Source of the DNA: Candidatus Moanibacter sp.
GTDB lineage: Bacteria > Verrucomicrobiota > Verrucomicrobiia > Opitutales > UBA2987
Direction: 5' to 3'
DNA length: 23,245 nucleotides
Assembly (NCBI GenBank): GCA_965215885.1
Contig: CBDCEW010000027.1
Coordinates: 1-23,245 of the forward strand
Made by a program: the position numbers and the translations under genes. Under the pieces are notes generated by a model that saw nothing but the letters and a program-made list of their open reading frames with translations, was not told the DNA's origin and made no database searches. Of this stretch, positions 1-8,581 are shown in pieces; the first letter of the stretch is position 1; each line of letters opens with the position of its first letter.

Positions 1-379
1 CTTCGCGTTCATCTGCGGTTCCTCTTCTTTTCCTACTCCGCTCACCGACTGCGGTATGCCTTTGGAAGATCGACGGCGTTACCCCATGCACCCGCTTATA
101 TTCGCGGTGAAAGTGAGTTGTCTGCTTAAAGCCGAGGTCAGCGGCTGTCTCCTTGATTGATCTCCCGGATTCGAGCATTTCCCGGGCCGTGATCATGCGC
201 TGTTCGTTGAGCCATTCCTGGGGCTTTCGGGCGAGGTCTTCCTCGAAATAGCGCTCCAGGGTGCGGAGACTGACGCCGTATATTTCAGCCATTTTCCGGG
301 CCTTGTAACCGGAGAATTCCGCCATTTCGATCCAATGTTCGAAGCGCGGCCGATCGGTCAGGTAATACCGAAACTGCAT
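1..379 (-). CDS. Stand-alone AraC-family helix-turn-helix protein (3' end runs off the window)
   Basis: Not in the ORF track. Manual translation from ATG at 379: MQFRYYLTDRPRFEHWIEMAEFSGYKARKMAEIYGVSLRTLERYFEEDLARKPQEWLNEQRMITAREMLESGRSIKETAADLGFKQTTHFHREYKRVHGVTPS... This has the AraC double-HTH pattern (S.RTLER.F, SIKE.A..LGF....HF.R.YK...G.TP) and no ligand-binding domain. Confidence 0.85.
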   Translation of the reverse strand, partial: MQFRYYLTDRPRFEHWIEMAEFSGYKARKMAEIYGVSLRTLERYFEEDLARKPQEWLNEQRMITAREMLESGRSIKETAADLGFKQTTHFHREYKRVHGVTPSIFQRHTAVGERSRKRRGTADERE

Positions 380-889
380 GAGAGAGAGTGCTTGTCGATG
401 ACCGGAATCAAGCGCTCGAAAGGACCTTTCACACGCAATGACTCCCGTCGTGATAGAGAATTATCACTACACTTCGAACCGGCAAGAGAAAAATGGTTAG
501 GAAGGAAGAATTAGTGAACAGTGGTCAGTAAACAGTGAACCCCGGCAAACCGGGACTTCGCTGCGCTCAGCAGTAAAACAGTGGACAGTGGGAAGAGGGG
601 ATGCGAGTTGCGGGAGGGTGGATCCGGGTGCGTTCGTTGAAGATCTCGCGGTACCGGGATGAATTAATAAGGAAAGCAAGAAAGCAGGAAACTGGTAGGT
701 CCTTACATGGAGAAGAGAATTCGATTCCTCCCGGCGCGCCGCAACCTGGAAACATCTTTCGACCTGAGGTCAATCGGGATCAGCGTGACCGCGGATCTGC
801 CTTACAGCAGACTCTGCGAGATTTGACGGATGGCCTAGCGTGGCAGAGCCGCCCCGCGACAGGCTCGGGGCCCTGAGGCTCTCGAACGG

Positions 890-1072
890 GCAACCAAAAA
901 AGAAGAAGAGAACCGCAGATGCACGCAGATGGACGCGAATGTAGAAGGAAACTCCTACTTCCCTTGGGTAACCTCGTCGCGAACCTTGTCCCAAACCTTG
1001 TCGACTGCAGTTTATTGAATACCAACCTCTTCTGCGCAAAAAATAGCTCGGAAAACACGGTTCTGCCGGATT
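890..1072 (+). repeat. Dispersed repeat A, copy 1 (183 bp, empty form)
   Basis: Near-identical to 4721-4963 except that it lacks two 30-bp inserts. Contains the AACCGCAGATG(C/A)ACGCAGATGGACGC tandem motif, which also occurs on the minus strand at 1-25 and 1774-1797. Confidence 0.9.
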
Positions 1073-1122
1073 GTGGCACGGATAGATAGAGGAGTCAGGC
1101 CTCACAGTCGCAGGATGGAGAA

Positions 1123-1285
1123 TAGGGTGTCGACTTCGCAAAACTCGCTTATGCGAGTCGAGAAACGCGAAGAGGAACTTTCCCAAGAGCGCTATTCGTG
1201 GACTAAAATGCAGTCGCGATCTTGGGAAAGCTCCTCATCGCGTTTCAGGCTCTCCCGTATGGCGGAGAGGCGAAGTCGACTCCTA
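1123..1285 (+). repeat. ~160-bp structured palindromic element, copy 1 (REPIN/MITE-like or ncRNA)
   Basis: Outer IR GTCGACTTCGC/GCGAAGTCGAC; small hairpin ACTCGC-TTAT-GCGAGT; 31-bp inner stem GAAACGCGAAGAGGAACTTTCCCAAGAGCGC with its partner arm; small hairpin CTCTCC..GGAGAG. Confidence 0.85.
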
Positions 1286-1330
1286 CCTCGGCCTATAGTA
1301 TGGGCAGTTTCCTGCTTTCCTGCCTTCCTT

Positions 1331-1428
1331 AGTAAAGATCCTCGGGGCAAGCCCCGAGGCATTTGATATTAGACTTTATGAATTAGAAACGAAGCAAGCT
1401 TCGGGGAATTAAACCCGAAGCGATTAAA
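1331..1428 (-). mobile_element. 98-bp non-autonomous IS200/IS605-type element, copy 1
   Basis: Identical to 21818-21915. Carries both end hairpins of the tnpA element at 7479-8032 (CCTCGGGGCAAGCCCCGAGG and CGAAGCAAGCTTCGGGGAATT) joined by a short AT-rich spacer. Confidence 0.88.
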
Positions 1429-1739
1429 ACCTCATTCCGCGGTTACTTCTCACTCCCCGATCCGGGACGCCGATGACTATCTGGCTGGCGCCGTTTCCAC
1501 GGAAATTTAACTATCGCATCTTCTTGCCGCCCTCTTTTTTCAAAAGCAATGTGCACTACTATCCATCAGAACTTGGTTGACTGAACACGTATTTTGTTTG
1601 GTGAATTTTAAGAGGATGGTATTCAAAGAATTGTGGTCCAATTGTTCACAATCCGTTGTTTTCCTGATCCGATAGTTACTCCCTCTCGAATTAACCCGCT
1701 GTGTCCTCGAATCCGCGGGGTCTTCCTCCCAAATTCGCA

Positions 1740-1773
1740 CATGCCACGGCGAAGCCCGGAGGACGGAGACGGG
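1740..1773 (+). repeat. 34-bp hairpin mini-element (CCTGCC...CGGG family)
   Basis: CATGCCACGGCGAAGCCCGGAGGACGGAGACGGG. Removing it restores a tandem ATTCGC(A/G)TCC-ATTCGCGTCC repeat. Confidence 0.65.
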
Positions 1774-1841
1774 TCCATTCGCGTCCATCTGCGGTTCCTT
1801 CCTTATTCATCTCTCAATCTCGTAGAGTCCGCCAAACGGAA

Positions 1842-2787
1842 TCACTGCCGCCAGTTAAGCCACAGGCGAACGTAATGGCGACGGCGTTCGGGATCCGGAA
1901 AGTCCTGAAACGCTGTCCGATTATGCAAAATTCTTCGGTTGTTCACAAACAGGATCTGGCCGGGTCTAAGGTCGAACTCCACCCAGAATTCCGGGCGACG
2001 CAGCAATTCCTCCAGTACCTCCAAGGCATATTCCTGCCTCGAATCGAGAGGCAGTTTCATCTTTTCATGACCGATTTGGATGTAGTAGTGGAGGTATCGG
2101 GTTGGTCAAATCCTGTCCGTCCCAGTGAAAAACCTGTGTCTGCGAAACGGGAGGTTCATCGGGAGCATGTTCTCCTCGACAGTCGAAGCAGAAATCCTCG
2201 TAAAGAGTTTCGAGAACCTCGAGATGATTTTTCAGCAATTCGTTATGAATTGCGTAAGCGCTGACCAGTTGGCTCCTGCCTCCCGACCGGGCTGTCCGTA
2301 TACAGAGCAAACCCACGACGTCGGGAATAGTCGCACCGAATGCATTGTCATTATGAAAAGTCGATTCGGAGTTGGTAACCGAGAATCGGACGCCCTTTCG
2401 GACATCGGCGCCGGTATCACGGACGTCATACAGAAGTGTCCCGCGCATGTTCTGTTTCATCGGAAACCCGACCGATTGACCGATTAGCCAGTAGGCCGCT
2501 TTGGCCTCATCAAGCGTATAGCGGTCGACCGGAACACGATCAATGATGGCGAAACCTCGGCCGGAATCCAGTGCTTCCGTTACCGGGGCAAAATTCCTGT
2601 GGCAGCACCGCGCACTGGACTCGGACAATGCTAAATCTTCAATCGGAGTAACCTTTCCAGTGCCCGGTGCTAAGGCCGAATCAAGCTCCGACAAAACCTC
2701 CTGCGAGAGGGAATAAATCCAGCATTCAGGCGCATCAATCGAGTTCGCATCCCAACCTTTGGGTGTATCGATGAGTTCCTTAAGCAT
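1842..2787 (-). pseudogene. TauD/TfdA-family Fe(II)/2-oxoglutarate dioxygenase, split by one frameshift (real lesion or sequencing error)
   Basis: ORF 2065-2787 has the HxD motif (FHNDN) and GLLCIR.ARSGG.S; ORF 1842-2060 has L.PGQILFVNN..ILHNR and RH..RLW. Deleting one base at ~2099-2105 gives a continuous ...DLT-x-RYLHYYIQIGHEKMKLPLD... reading. Confidence 0.85.
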
Positions 2788-2953
2788 AGCTCAGAAGAGT
2801 AAAAGGAGTCAGAAGGCCGGGCGCAATCTTACAGATAACATTGCGCGTGCCCTTGCTCTCTGTTTCTCCCGGCTCGCCGGACTTCAATTCTCTTTTCCTG
2901 CTTTCCTGCCTTCCTTATTCAGCTCAATCTCTGTGTTCTAAAACCAGGAAGCC

Positions 2954-3535
2954 ATGACAGACGACAAAATCCAAGTTACAAGAGAGCGGGAAGAGAAACG
3001 CCTCTTCATCGGGATTTCCGCCCCCAACCACGTGAAATCGTCCATCCGACGCATACGGCACCAGCTTCCCGAGTTTCGCTGGGTTCCGGAGGATAACCTC
3101 CACCTCACTCTGCGGTTCATCGGCGACGTCGATGCGGAATTGGCTGAGCGAATCGTTGAGCTCCTCTCGCCAATTCGAGTTGAGCTCTTCATCCTGCCGG
3201 TGAAGGAGGTCGGTTGCTTCCCGCGCCGTGGCCGTCCTGGAATCGTTTGGGTTGGACACGATAAGGGGCATCCTCGCCTCTTTCAATTGCAAAAACAGAT
3301 CGAAGACACCCTGGTAGCTCTTGGCGTCGAAGCTGAGACGCGGGCCTATCACCCGCATGTGACGATTGCGCGGACGGCACGCGCAAAACCGGGCGCGGTG
3401 AAACAGTTTGTTCGGGATAACCGGAATTTCGAAACAGCGCCGTTCAAGGTGGAAGGATTCACCCTCTTCTCGAGCAAACTCTCTTCTGAAGGAGCGCAGT
3501 ATACCGAGGAAGCCTTCTTTTCATTTAACGAATAA
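2954..3535 (+). CDS. thpR: RNA 2',3'-cyclic phosphodiesterase (2H family, ThpR/LigT)
   Basis: N-terminal RLFIGI, two HxT motifs (RWVPEDNLHLTLRFIG, YHPHVTIAR), C-terminal F.LFSS.L...GA.Y. Confidence 0.92.
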   Translation: MTDDKIQVTREREEKRLFIGISAPNHVKSSIRRIRHQLPEFRWVPEDNLHLTLRFIGDVDAELAERIVELLSPIRVELFILPVKEVGCFPRRGRPGIVWVGHDKGHPRLFQLQKQIEDTLVALGVEAETRAYHPHVTIARTARAKPGAVKQFVRDNRNFETAPFKVEGFTLFSSKLSSEGAQYTEEAFFSFNE

Positions 3536-3634
3536 GAAATAAGGAAAGTAGAAAGGCAAAAGAGGGGTCACAGAGCACCACAGAGGAGCACAGAGGACCA
3601 CGGAGAACTTAAGTTACACAGACTGAAAGTCGGA

Positions 3635-3793
3635 AGGAGTCGACTTCGCCAAATCTGCCGTTTGGCAGAATGGAGAAACGCCAAGAAGAGAATTCCCAAA
3701 AGCGCACCTGCATTCTGCGCCGAAAGGGGGCGCTTTGGGGAATTCTCTTCTTGGCGTTTCAGACGCGCTGCGCGCGAGGCGAAGTCGACTCCT
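3635..3793 (+). repeat. ~160-bp structured palindromic element, copy 2
   Basis: Perfect 16-bp outer IR AGGAGTCGACTTCGCC/GGCGAAGTCGACTCCT; hairpin TCTGCC-GTTT-GGCAGA; 31-bp stem 3675-3705/3730-3760 with one mismatch; small CGCGC-T-GCGCG palindrome. Confidence 0.9.
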
Positions 3794-4078
3794 AATTCGT
3801 TCTATCGTATGTTCGAACTCCTATTTTCGCGATCGATGCAACCGTTCCTGCCACTCGACTGAGAACGCCCCTAGCGACGTAGAGAGAAAACGTAGTTTTA
3901 AACAGACATTGTATACCCATCATCCCTCTCCGTTCTCTTTGTTTCCTTCTGTTCAATTCTCTTCTCCACGGAAGCACCTACCAGTTTGGTTGCGGATTTG
4001 CTGCGCTAGGTGCCTCCGTGCATCTCTGTGTCGCTCTGTGGCCCCGCTTCAGTCATGATTGAACCCTTTTCCTAACTT

Positions 4079-4719
4079 ATGTTCATGAATCGCCGAGAAT
4101 CTATCCTTCAACACACCAGTGCCCTCCGTGCCTGTGCCTTATGCCCGAATATGCAGAGCCCGGTGGTGACGGGACGGGCCATCGTGAGCAAGGTGCTGCT
4201 GGTGGGGCAGGCGCCGGGTGAAAAGGAACCCCGGTTGCAACGCCCGTTTGCCTGGACCGCGGGGAAGACGCTCTTCCAGTGGTTCAAGGAATCATGTGGA
4301 CTCAGTGAGGAAGATTTTCGTTCCAGCATTTACATGGCAGCTGTCTGCCGCTGCTTCCCCGGCAAGAAGCCGAAGGGCGGTGACCGCGTTCCGGATCGGA
4401 CAGAGATTTCCAACTGCTCCCGCTGGCTGAAAGCCGAGATGGAAATTCTGCGACCGGAATTAGTCATTCCAGTCGGCAGACTGGCCATTACGCAATTTAT
4501 GAAATACTCGAGTCTCGATGCAATCGTCGGCCGCAGTTTCCGATGCACCTACGACAAGCATCTTTTCGACACGATTCCCCTCCCCCACCCCTCCGGGGCC
4601 TCTCCATGGCCCCGCGTGGAACCGGGAAAACCCTCCTGAGAAAAGCGTTAGGGATGATCGCAGAGCATCCCGCTATGGAAGAAGAAAAACAGAGAATGAG
4701 TCTACCACGGATGACCTAG
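4079..4719 (+). CDS. Uracil-DNA glycosylase family protein (frameshift near the C-terminus)
   Basis: CxxC near the N-terminus, LVGQAPG, AVCRCFPG, CS.WL.AE, LPHPSG motifs. The ORF stops at 4639, but adding one A in the run at 4627-4630 gives EPGKTLLRKALGMIAEHPA...stop at 4719, a helical tail as expected for the family. Confidence 0.85.
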
Positions 4720-4720
4720 C

Positions 4721-4963
4721 GCAACCAAAAAAGAAGAAGAGAACCGCAGATGAACGCAGATGGACGCGAATGCAGAAGGAAACTCCTACTTCCCTTGGGT
4801 AACCTCGCCTGCCTCGGCAAAGCAGTGCGACGACGGGTCGCGAACCTTGTCCCAAACCTTGCCTGCCTCGGCAAAGCGAAGCGACGACGGGTCGACTGCA
4901 GTTTATTGAATACCAACCTCTTCTACGCAAAAACTTGCTAGAAAAACAAGGTTCTGCCGGATT
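4721..4963 (+). repeat. Dispersed repeat A, copy 2 (243 bp), carrying 30-bp inserts at 4808-4837 and 4862-4891
   Basis: Aligns to 890-1072 with exactly 60 extra bases: CCTGCCTCGGCAAAGCAGTGCGACGACGGG and CCTGCCTCGGCAAAGCGAAGCGACGACGGG. Confidence 0.92.
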
Positions 4964-5066
4964 ATAGTACGGATGGGCACGGATGAGGAGATTACGCAGC
5001 GGATCATAAGAGGGCAACGGATGAACGGAAAAAGCAGATACCGTGGTCACGGGAGGGAAAAAAGGA

Positions 5067-5226
5067 AGTCGCCATCGCCTCGCGCGGAGCGCGGATAAAA
5101 CGCTCAAAGCAGCATTTGCGAGAGCCCGACCTGAAATTGAGCCTCGAGCCAATTGAAAACGCTCTCGTAAATACTTCTCTGAGTGTTTTTCACTCTGCCG
5201 TACAGAAGTGACAGGCGAAGGCGACT
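5067..5226 (-). repeat. ~160-bp structured palindromic element, divergent copy in inverted orientation
   Basis: Minus strand: AGTCGCCTTCGCC..GGCGATGGCGACT outer stem; hairpin TCAC..GTGA; long stem AAAACACTCAGAGAAGTATTTACGAGAGC/GCTCTCGCAAATGCTGCTTTGAGCGTTTT; terminal hairpin CGCGCTCCGCGCG, as in the copy at 6740. Confidence 0.75.
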
Positions 5227-5353
5227 CACCTGTTTTCCCGTATACTCCGCGTCAGCGCTCTCTGTGCCGCTCCGTGGTTCTCTGTGTCGCTCTGTGGCCA
5301 AAAATTCAGTCGTTACCTCAAGTTCGCGTGTTTAGCGGGAAACTCTCTCTCTC

Positions 5354-6058
5354 TTATCCGTGCCCATCCGTGGTAGGATTATTCTCCACAAGAAACCTCC
5401 TTTCGACAAGCTTGGCATTCCTCACCGCGCTTCTCAACCAGGAGAGCTGAACGTCGAGACGCTCCTTCCGGGATAATTGCCAGTCGTCGCGCTCGCGACG
5501 AATTCGCCGGCAGAGTTCGTAGAGGCATACGGCCACACTCACCGAGATATTCAGACTCTGGGTGAATCCGTGCATCGGGATCTTCACGGATACATCGGCG
5601 AGGCGCTCCGCTCTTTCACTTAGGCCCTCTTCTTCAGTGCCGAAACAGAGCGCGATATCCTGTTCGACGGGTAACTCCTCGAGGGGAATTGAATCGTCCC
5701 TGAGGGAAGTCGCCACAATCCTGTAACCACTCCGCTTCAACCCTTCAAAGCATGCCGTGGTGTGTTCCTCACCTTCGCCGCTGTAGCGGTAAAGGTCGAC
5801 CCACTTGCTCGCCCCCATCACCACATCGGGATTCAACTGATAGGCGAAACGATTCTCAATGATGTGCACATCCTGCACGCCGAAGCATTCACAGGTACGA
5901 ATCGCGGCACTCGCATTGTGAGGTTGAAACAGGTCCTCCAGGACAACCGTCACCGCTCTCGTCCGCGACCCGATTACCCGTTCCATACGCGCGAGTTTAT
6001 TCTCCGTCACAAACTGAGCGAGATGCGCACAAAGAGCCTCCTTGGTTTCTGAGGTCAT
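5354..6058 (-). CDS. trmH: TrmH/SpoU-family RNA 2'-O-methyltransferase (probable tRNA Gm18)
   Basis: VVLEDL.QPHNASAAIRTCECFG, GASKW, FGTEEEGLS and IPMHGFTQSLNISVS SPOUT motifs. Confidence 0.85.
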   Translation of the reverse strand: MTSETKEALCAHLAQFVTENKLARMERVIGSRTRAVTVVLEDLFQPHNASAAIRTCECFGVQDVHIIENRFAYQLNPDVVMGASKWVDLYRYSGEGEEHTTACFEGLKRSGYRIVATSLRDDSIPLEELPVEQDIALCFGTEEEGLSERAERLADVSVKIPMHGFTQSLNISVSVAVCLYELCRRIRRERDDWQLSRKERLDVQLSWLRSAVRNAKLVERRFLVENNPTTDGHG

Positions 6059-6120
6059 TGAATAGAGAATTGAACAGAAGGTAACGGAGAGAAACGGAGA
6101 AGAGATTGAAGATTTTCTTG

Positions 6121-6169
6121 AATAAGGAAGGCCCTTCGACGCTGCTCAGGATGTAAAGGAAAGCAGGAA
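6121..6169 (+). repeat. AATAAGGAAGGCAGGAAAGCAGGAA repeat interrupted by a 24-bp insert (6133-6156)
   Basis: The uninterrupted form is on the minus strand at ~2895-2919, with variants at 667-690, 1308-1330 and 7024-7048. The insert is CCTTCGACGCTGCTCAGGATGTAA. Confidence 0.75.
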
Positions 6170-6739
6170 TGATTTCTTACTACAGCAGCTTTCGGCCAAA
6201 ACCAAACTGGAATGCTGACAGATGAAACGGAAAGAGGGGCCACAGAGCCACCTAGCGCAGCGTAGTCGCAACCAAAAGAATGAGTCAGTCCCGGCAGGCC
6301 GGGAAATGAAGGGCCCTCCTACGCTAAAGCTATGGAGCATGTACAACGAATGGGGACTGTGAGAGCATTGAAAGCAACGGATCAGGAACGGAGACGGATG
6401 AAGAGGGAGAATAGCCCACGGATGGCTCCGCAGTACCACGGATGGAAGAGGCAGTTTCCCGCTGATTCGAGAAAACCGCGGATTGAATGAAGAGGGATTC
6501 CCATCCCGGCACGCCGGGACTCGGCAGTACCACGGATAGGAGGGGAAGAAAACGGAGGCAAGGAAGTGATAATTAGAACAATCGCCGTTAGACATTGCTT
6601 TCTGAAGATCACAGCGAAATTGTTTGAGCATCAACGGGTTCTATACGCGGTAGAGAAATTCCTTCTTAAGAAAACAAGCCTCTTCGAGTTAGTAGTACAG
6701 GGAACCACGGAGAATGGAAACTTGAAAGCTGGGCGTTGG

Positions 6740-6899
6740 TAAAGTCCACTTCGCCCCGCTCTGCCGATCGGCAGAGTGGAGTAACGCATAGATGAGTATT
6801 CCCAAAAGCGCGACCGCACTACATAGGTGCTAGAAGTGCTCTTGGGAATATTCATCTTTGCGTTACAAGCGCGCTCCGCGCCAGGCGAAGTCGACTCTA
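6740..6899 (+). repeat. ~160-bp structured palindromic element, copy 3
   Basis: AGTCCACTTCGCC/GGCGAAGTCGACT outer stem; CCGCTCTGCC-GATC-GGCAGAGTGG; 31-bp stem GTAACGCATAGATGAGTATTCCCAAAAGCGC/GTGCTCTTGGGAATATTCATCTTTGCGTTAC; GCGCG-CTC-CGCGC. Confidence 0.85.
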
Positions 6900-7120
6900 T
6901 CGAGGTAAGGCAGGTGATCAGATCTCTTGCTTTTCGAATTCGATGAAATGTCCCTCCTACTCTCGAAAACTCACACAGCTATCTTCGTACACACATTACA
7001 GGTGAGGAATTAGATGATCTCTTTTCCTGCGTTCCTGCTTTCCTTATTAAACTCTCATTCCTTGATCTTGTGCCCTGCCAGTACAATAATCGATTCCCTT
7101 CTCCCTGGCGGCTCGCTCGG

Positions 7121-7448
7121 TTAAGCCAACCATTGATAACTCGGGAACTGTATAAATCCCAAAGGGCAGGCAGTCATCCAGTCGCTCCACATCGTGAATG
7201 TCGAAAATATCGTAGCATATTCGCATCCGATTACACCGGCTCCGACCACACAGATGGACTCAGGTAAGCGATCAATGGATAAGATCGTATCCGAGTCGTG
7301 GACTATCTCTCCATCAAAGGGAACCTCGGGCGGATGGAAGGGATAGGACCCGGTGGCGATGATAATGTTCTCACCGAAAATGGTCGACGGAAGCTTCCTT
7401 TTCACCGGCCGGACCCGATCCGATTATGACCAGATCATACTTCCCCAT
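7121..7448 (-). pseudogene. Remnant of a soluble pyridine nucleotide transhydrogenase (SthA-like flavoprotein disulfide reductase family)
   Basis: ATG at 7448 gives [17 protein letters not shown]. After an out-of-frame internal deletion it resumes as [57 protein letters not shown]; similarity is lost at ~7196. Confidence 0.8.
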
Positions 7449-7478
7449 TAGAATTCGGCTTTGCCGCGATACAGAAGT

Positions 7479-8032
7479 AGTAAAGATCCTCGGGGCAAGC
7501 CCCGAGGCATTTTCAAAATAATCCCAACTCCAACTGCCCTTTATGCAATCGCTGGTAATTTGCCTCCTCACCTTGATTCGCGATATAGGCCGCGATCACG
7601 CTCTCGCTGCTGTGTTGCCCCACCGTGTTTACGAAGTACCCTTTTCCCCAGAACTCTCCGCCCCACAGTTGCTTCTTCACCTCCGGTGCTTTCGCAAACA
7701 CTTCGCGCGCAGTTACACTCTTCACCGTCGTAACGATCCTCGTCGGACTGTAAGCCGGCACCGACTGGATCAGAAAGTGTGCATGGTCTCGATCTAATCC
7801 TATTTCCAAGAAGACAATCTCCCAGCGCTTTTCAATCTCGATGCAGGCTGCCCTCAGAACCTCGTCCACACGCTCACTCATCACAACTCGACGATACTTC
7901 GCTGCGCACACCAGATGATACATCAGCACCGATACATTGTGACTTTTGTGGATGTAACGACTTCCCATCCCCTATCATCATATACCACTAAAGCCGAAGC
8001 AAGCTTCGGGGAATTGAACCCAGCGAGATTCA
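7479..8032 (-). mobile_element. IS200/IS605-family element, IS200 type (tnpA only)
   Basis: Y1 transposase flanked by subterminal hairpins centred on GCAAGC at both ends; no TIR or DR; no tnpB. Ends are uncertain by a few bases. Confidence 0.9.
7513..7968 (-). CDS. tnpA: IS200-family HUH (Y1) transposase
   Basis: YHLVC.AKYRR, HUH motif DHAHFL, KS.TARE, LWGGEFW.KGYFV.TVG and catalytic YIANQ. Confidence 0.95.
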   Translation of the reverse strand: MGSRYIHKSHNVSVLMYHLVCAAKYRRVVMSERVDEVLRAACIEIEKRWEIVFLEIGLDRDHAHFLIQSVPAYSPTRIVTTVKSVTAREVFAKAPEVKKQLWGGEFWGKGYFVNTVGQHSSESVIAAYIANQGEEANYQRLHKGQLELGLF

Positions 8033-8083
8033 AAACCGCTCTTGCGGCAAGCCCGAACCACAGTTCCCCTGGAGGAAAGGTAT

Positions 8084-8163
8084 TCGCAAAGAGTTGGCCC
8101 GCTGATGCAGTAGCCATACCACTGTTTCCTACGGTGATTAACAGTTGAAGGACGAAAGCTAAA
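8084..8163 (+). repeat. ~80-bp dispersed motif, copy 1
   Basis: CGCAAAGAGTTGGCCCGCTGATGCAGTAGCCATACCACTGTTTCCTACGGTGATTAACAGTTGAAGGACGAAAGCTAAA; colinear with 9425-9503 and 12777-12856. Confidence 0.8.
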
Positions 8164-8581
8164 TCCAGTATCTATTCGATCAATGTTGCGATGGCCACTG
8201 TCAAGCAAAGTGGTTTTGGGGCGGCCTGTCCTAAAAACCCCTCGGGAGACGGGGGATGCCATCCGTGGTAAGGATCATAAACAATAGTCCTCAGGCCTTG
8301 ATTTCGCTCCAAATCTCGCCATGGGGTCAACGAAACACCGGCTGATCAAGTTCCCATCCTGGGAGAGGAAAGGGGTGGGTTTCTCCCAAGCCAAATAGGC
8401 GCTTGCAGCGTCCCTTCTGGACGCATTCTATGGGCTCTCCAAGCTCCTCGGGTTGAAACCCGAGGCTTCACCACTATGCTCGTTCCGGACAAACCTAAAC
8501 GCAAACCTGCTCGGAAATCGGCTTCCATCGGCAAGCATCAGGCATCCTTTCCACCATCTCGCAACCCGGATCCCGCATCTC

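Noticed and set aside
707..826. 39-aa ORF MEKRIRF...LRSIGISVTADLPYSRLCEI resembling a Uma2 C-terminus
   Set aside because: Too short and weak to support without a search.
4801..4900. Mini CRISPR array (two 30-bp repeats with a 24-bp spacer)
   Set aside because: Only two non-identical units and no cas genes. The flanks and spacer are contiguous in the empty copy at ~970-1000, so these are insertions.
770..5152. Similar minus-strand ORFs 770-1186 and 4673-5152 as a paralogous protein pair
   Set aside because: The similarity is entirely explained by non-coding repeat A; there are no protein motifs.
6146..6855. ORFs 6146-6634 and 6631-6855
   Set aside because: They run across repeat clusters and the structured element and have no recognisable domains.
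7479..8032. TnpB/IscB RNA-guided (OMEGA) system
   Set aside because: The right-end hairpin follows the tnpA stop codon directly, leaving no room for a nuclease or guide RNA.
8100..8160. Hammerhead ribozyme or glycine riboswitch in the 80-bp motif (CTGATG...GAAA; GAAGGAG.AAAGCT)
   Set aside because: The core reads CTGATGC, not CUGANGA, and one copy has CGGATG. The glycine-riboswitch GGAGA, CCGAAG and CTCAGG elements are absent.
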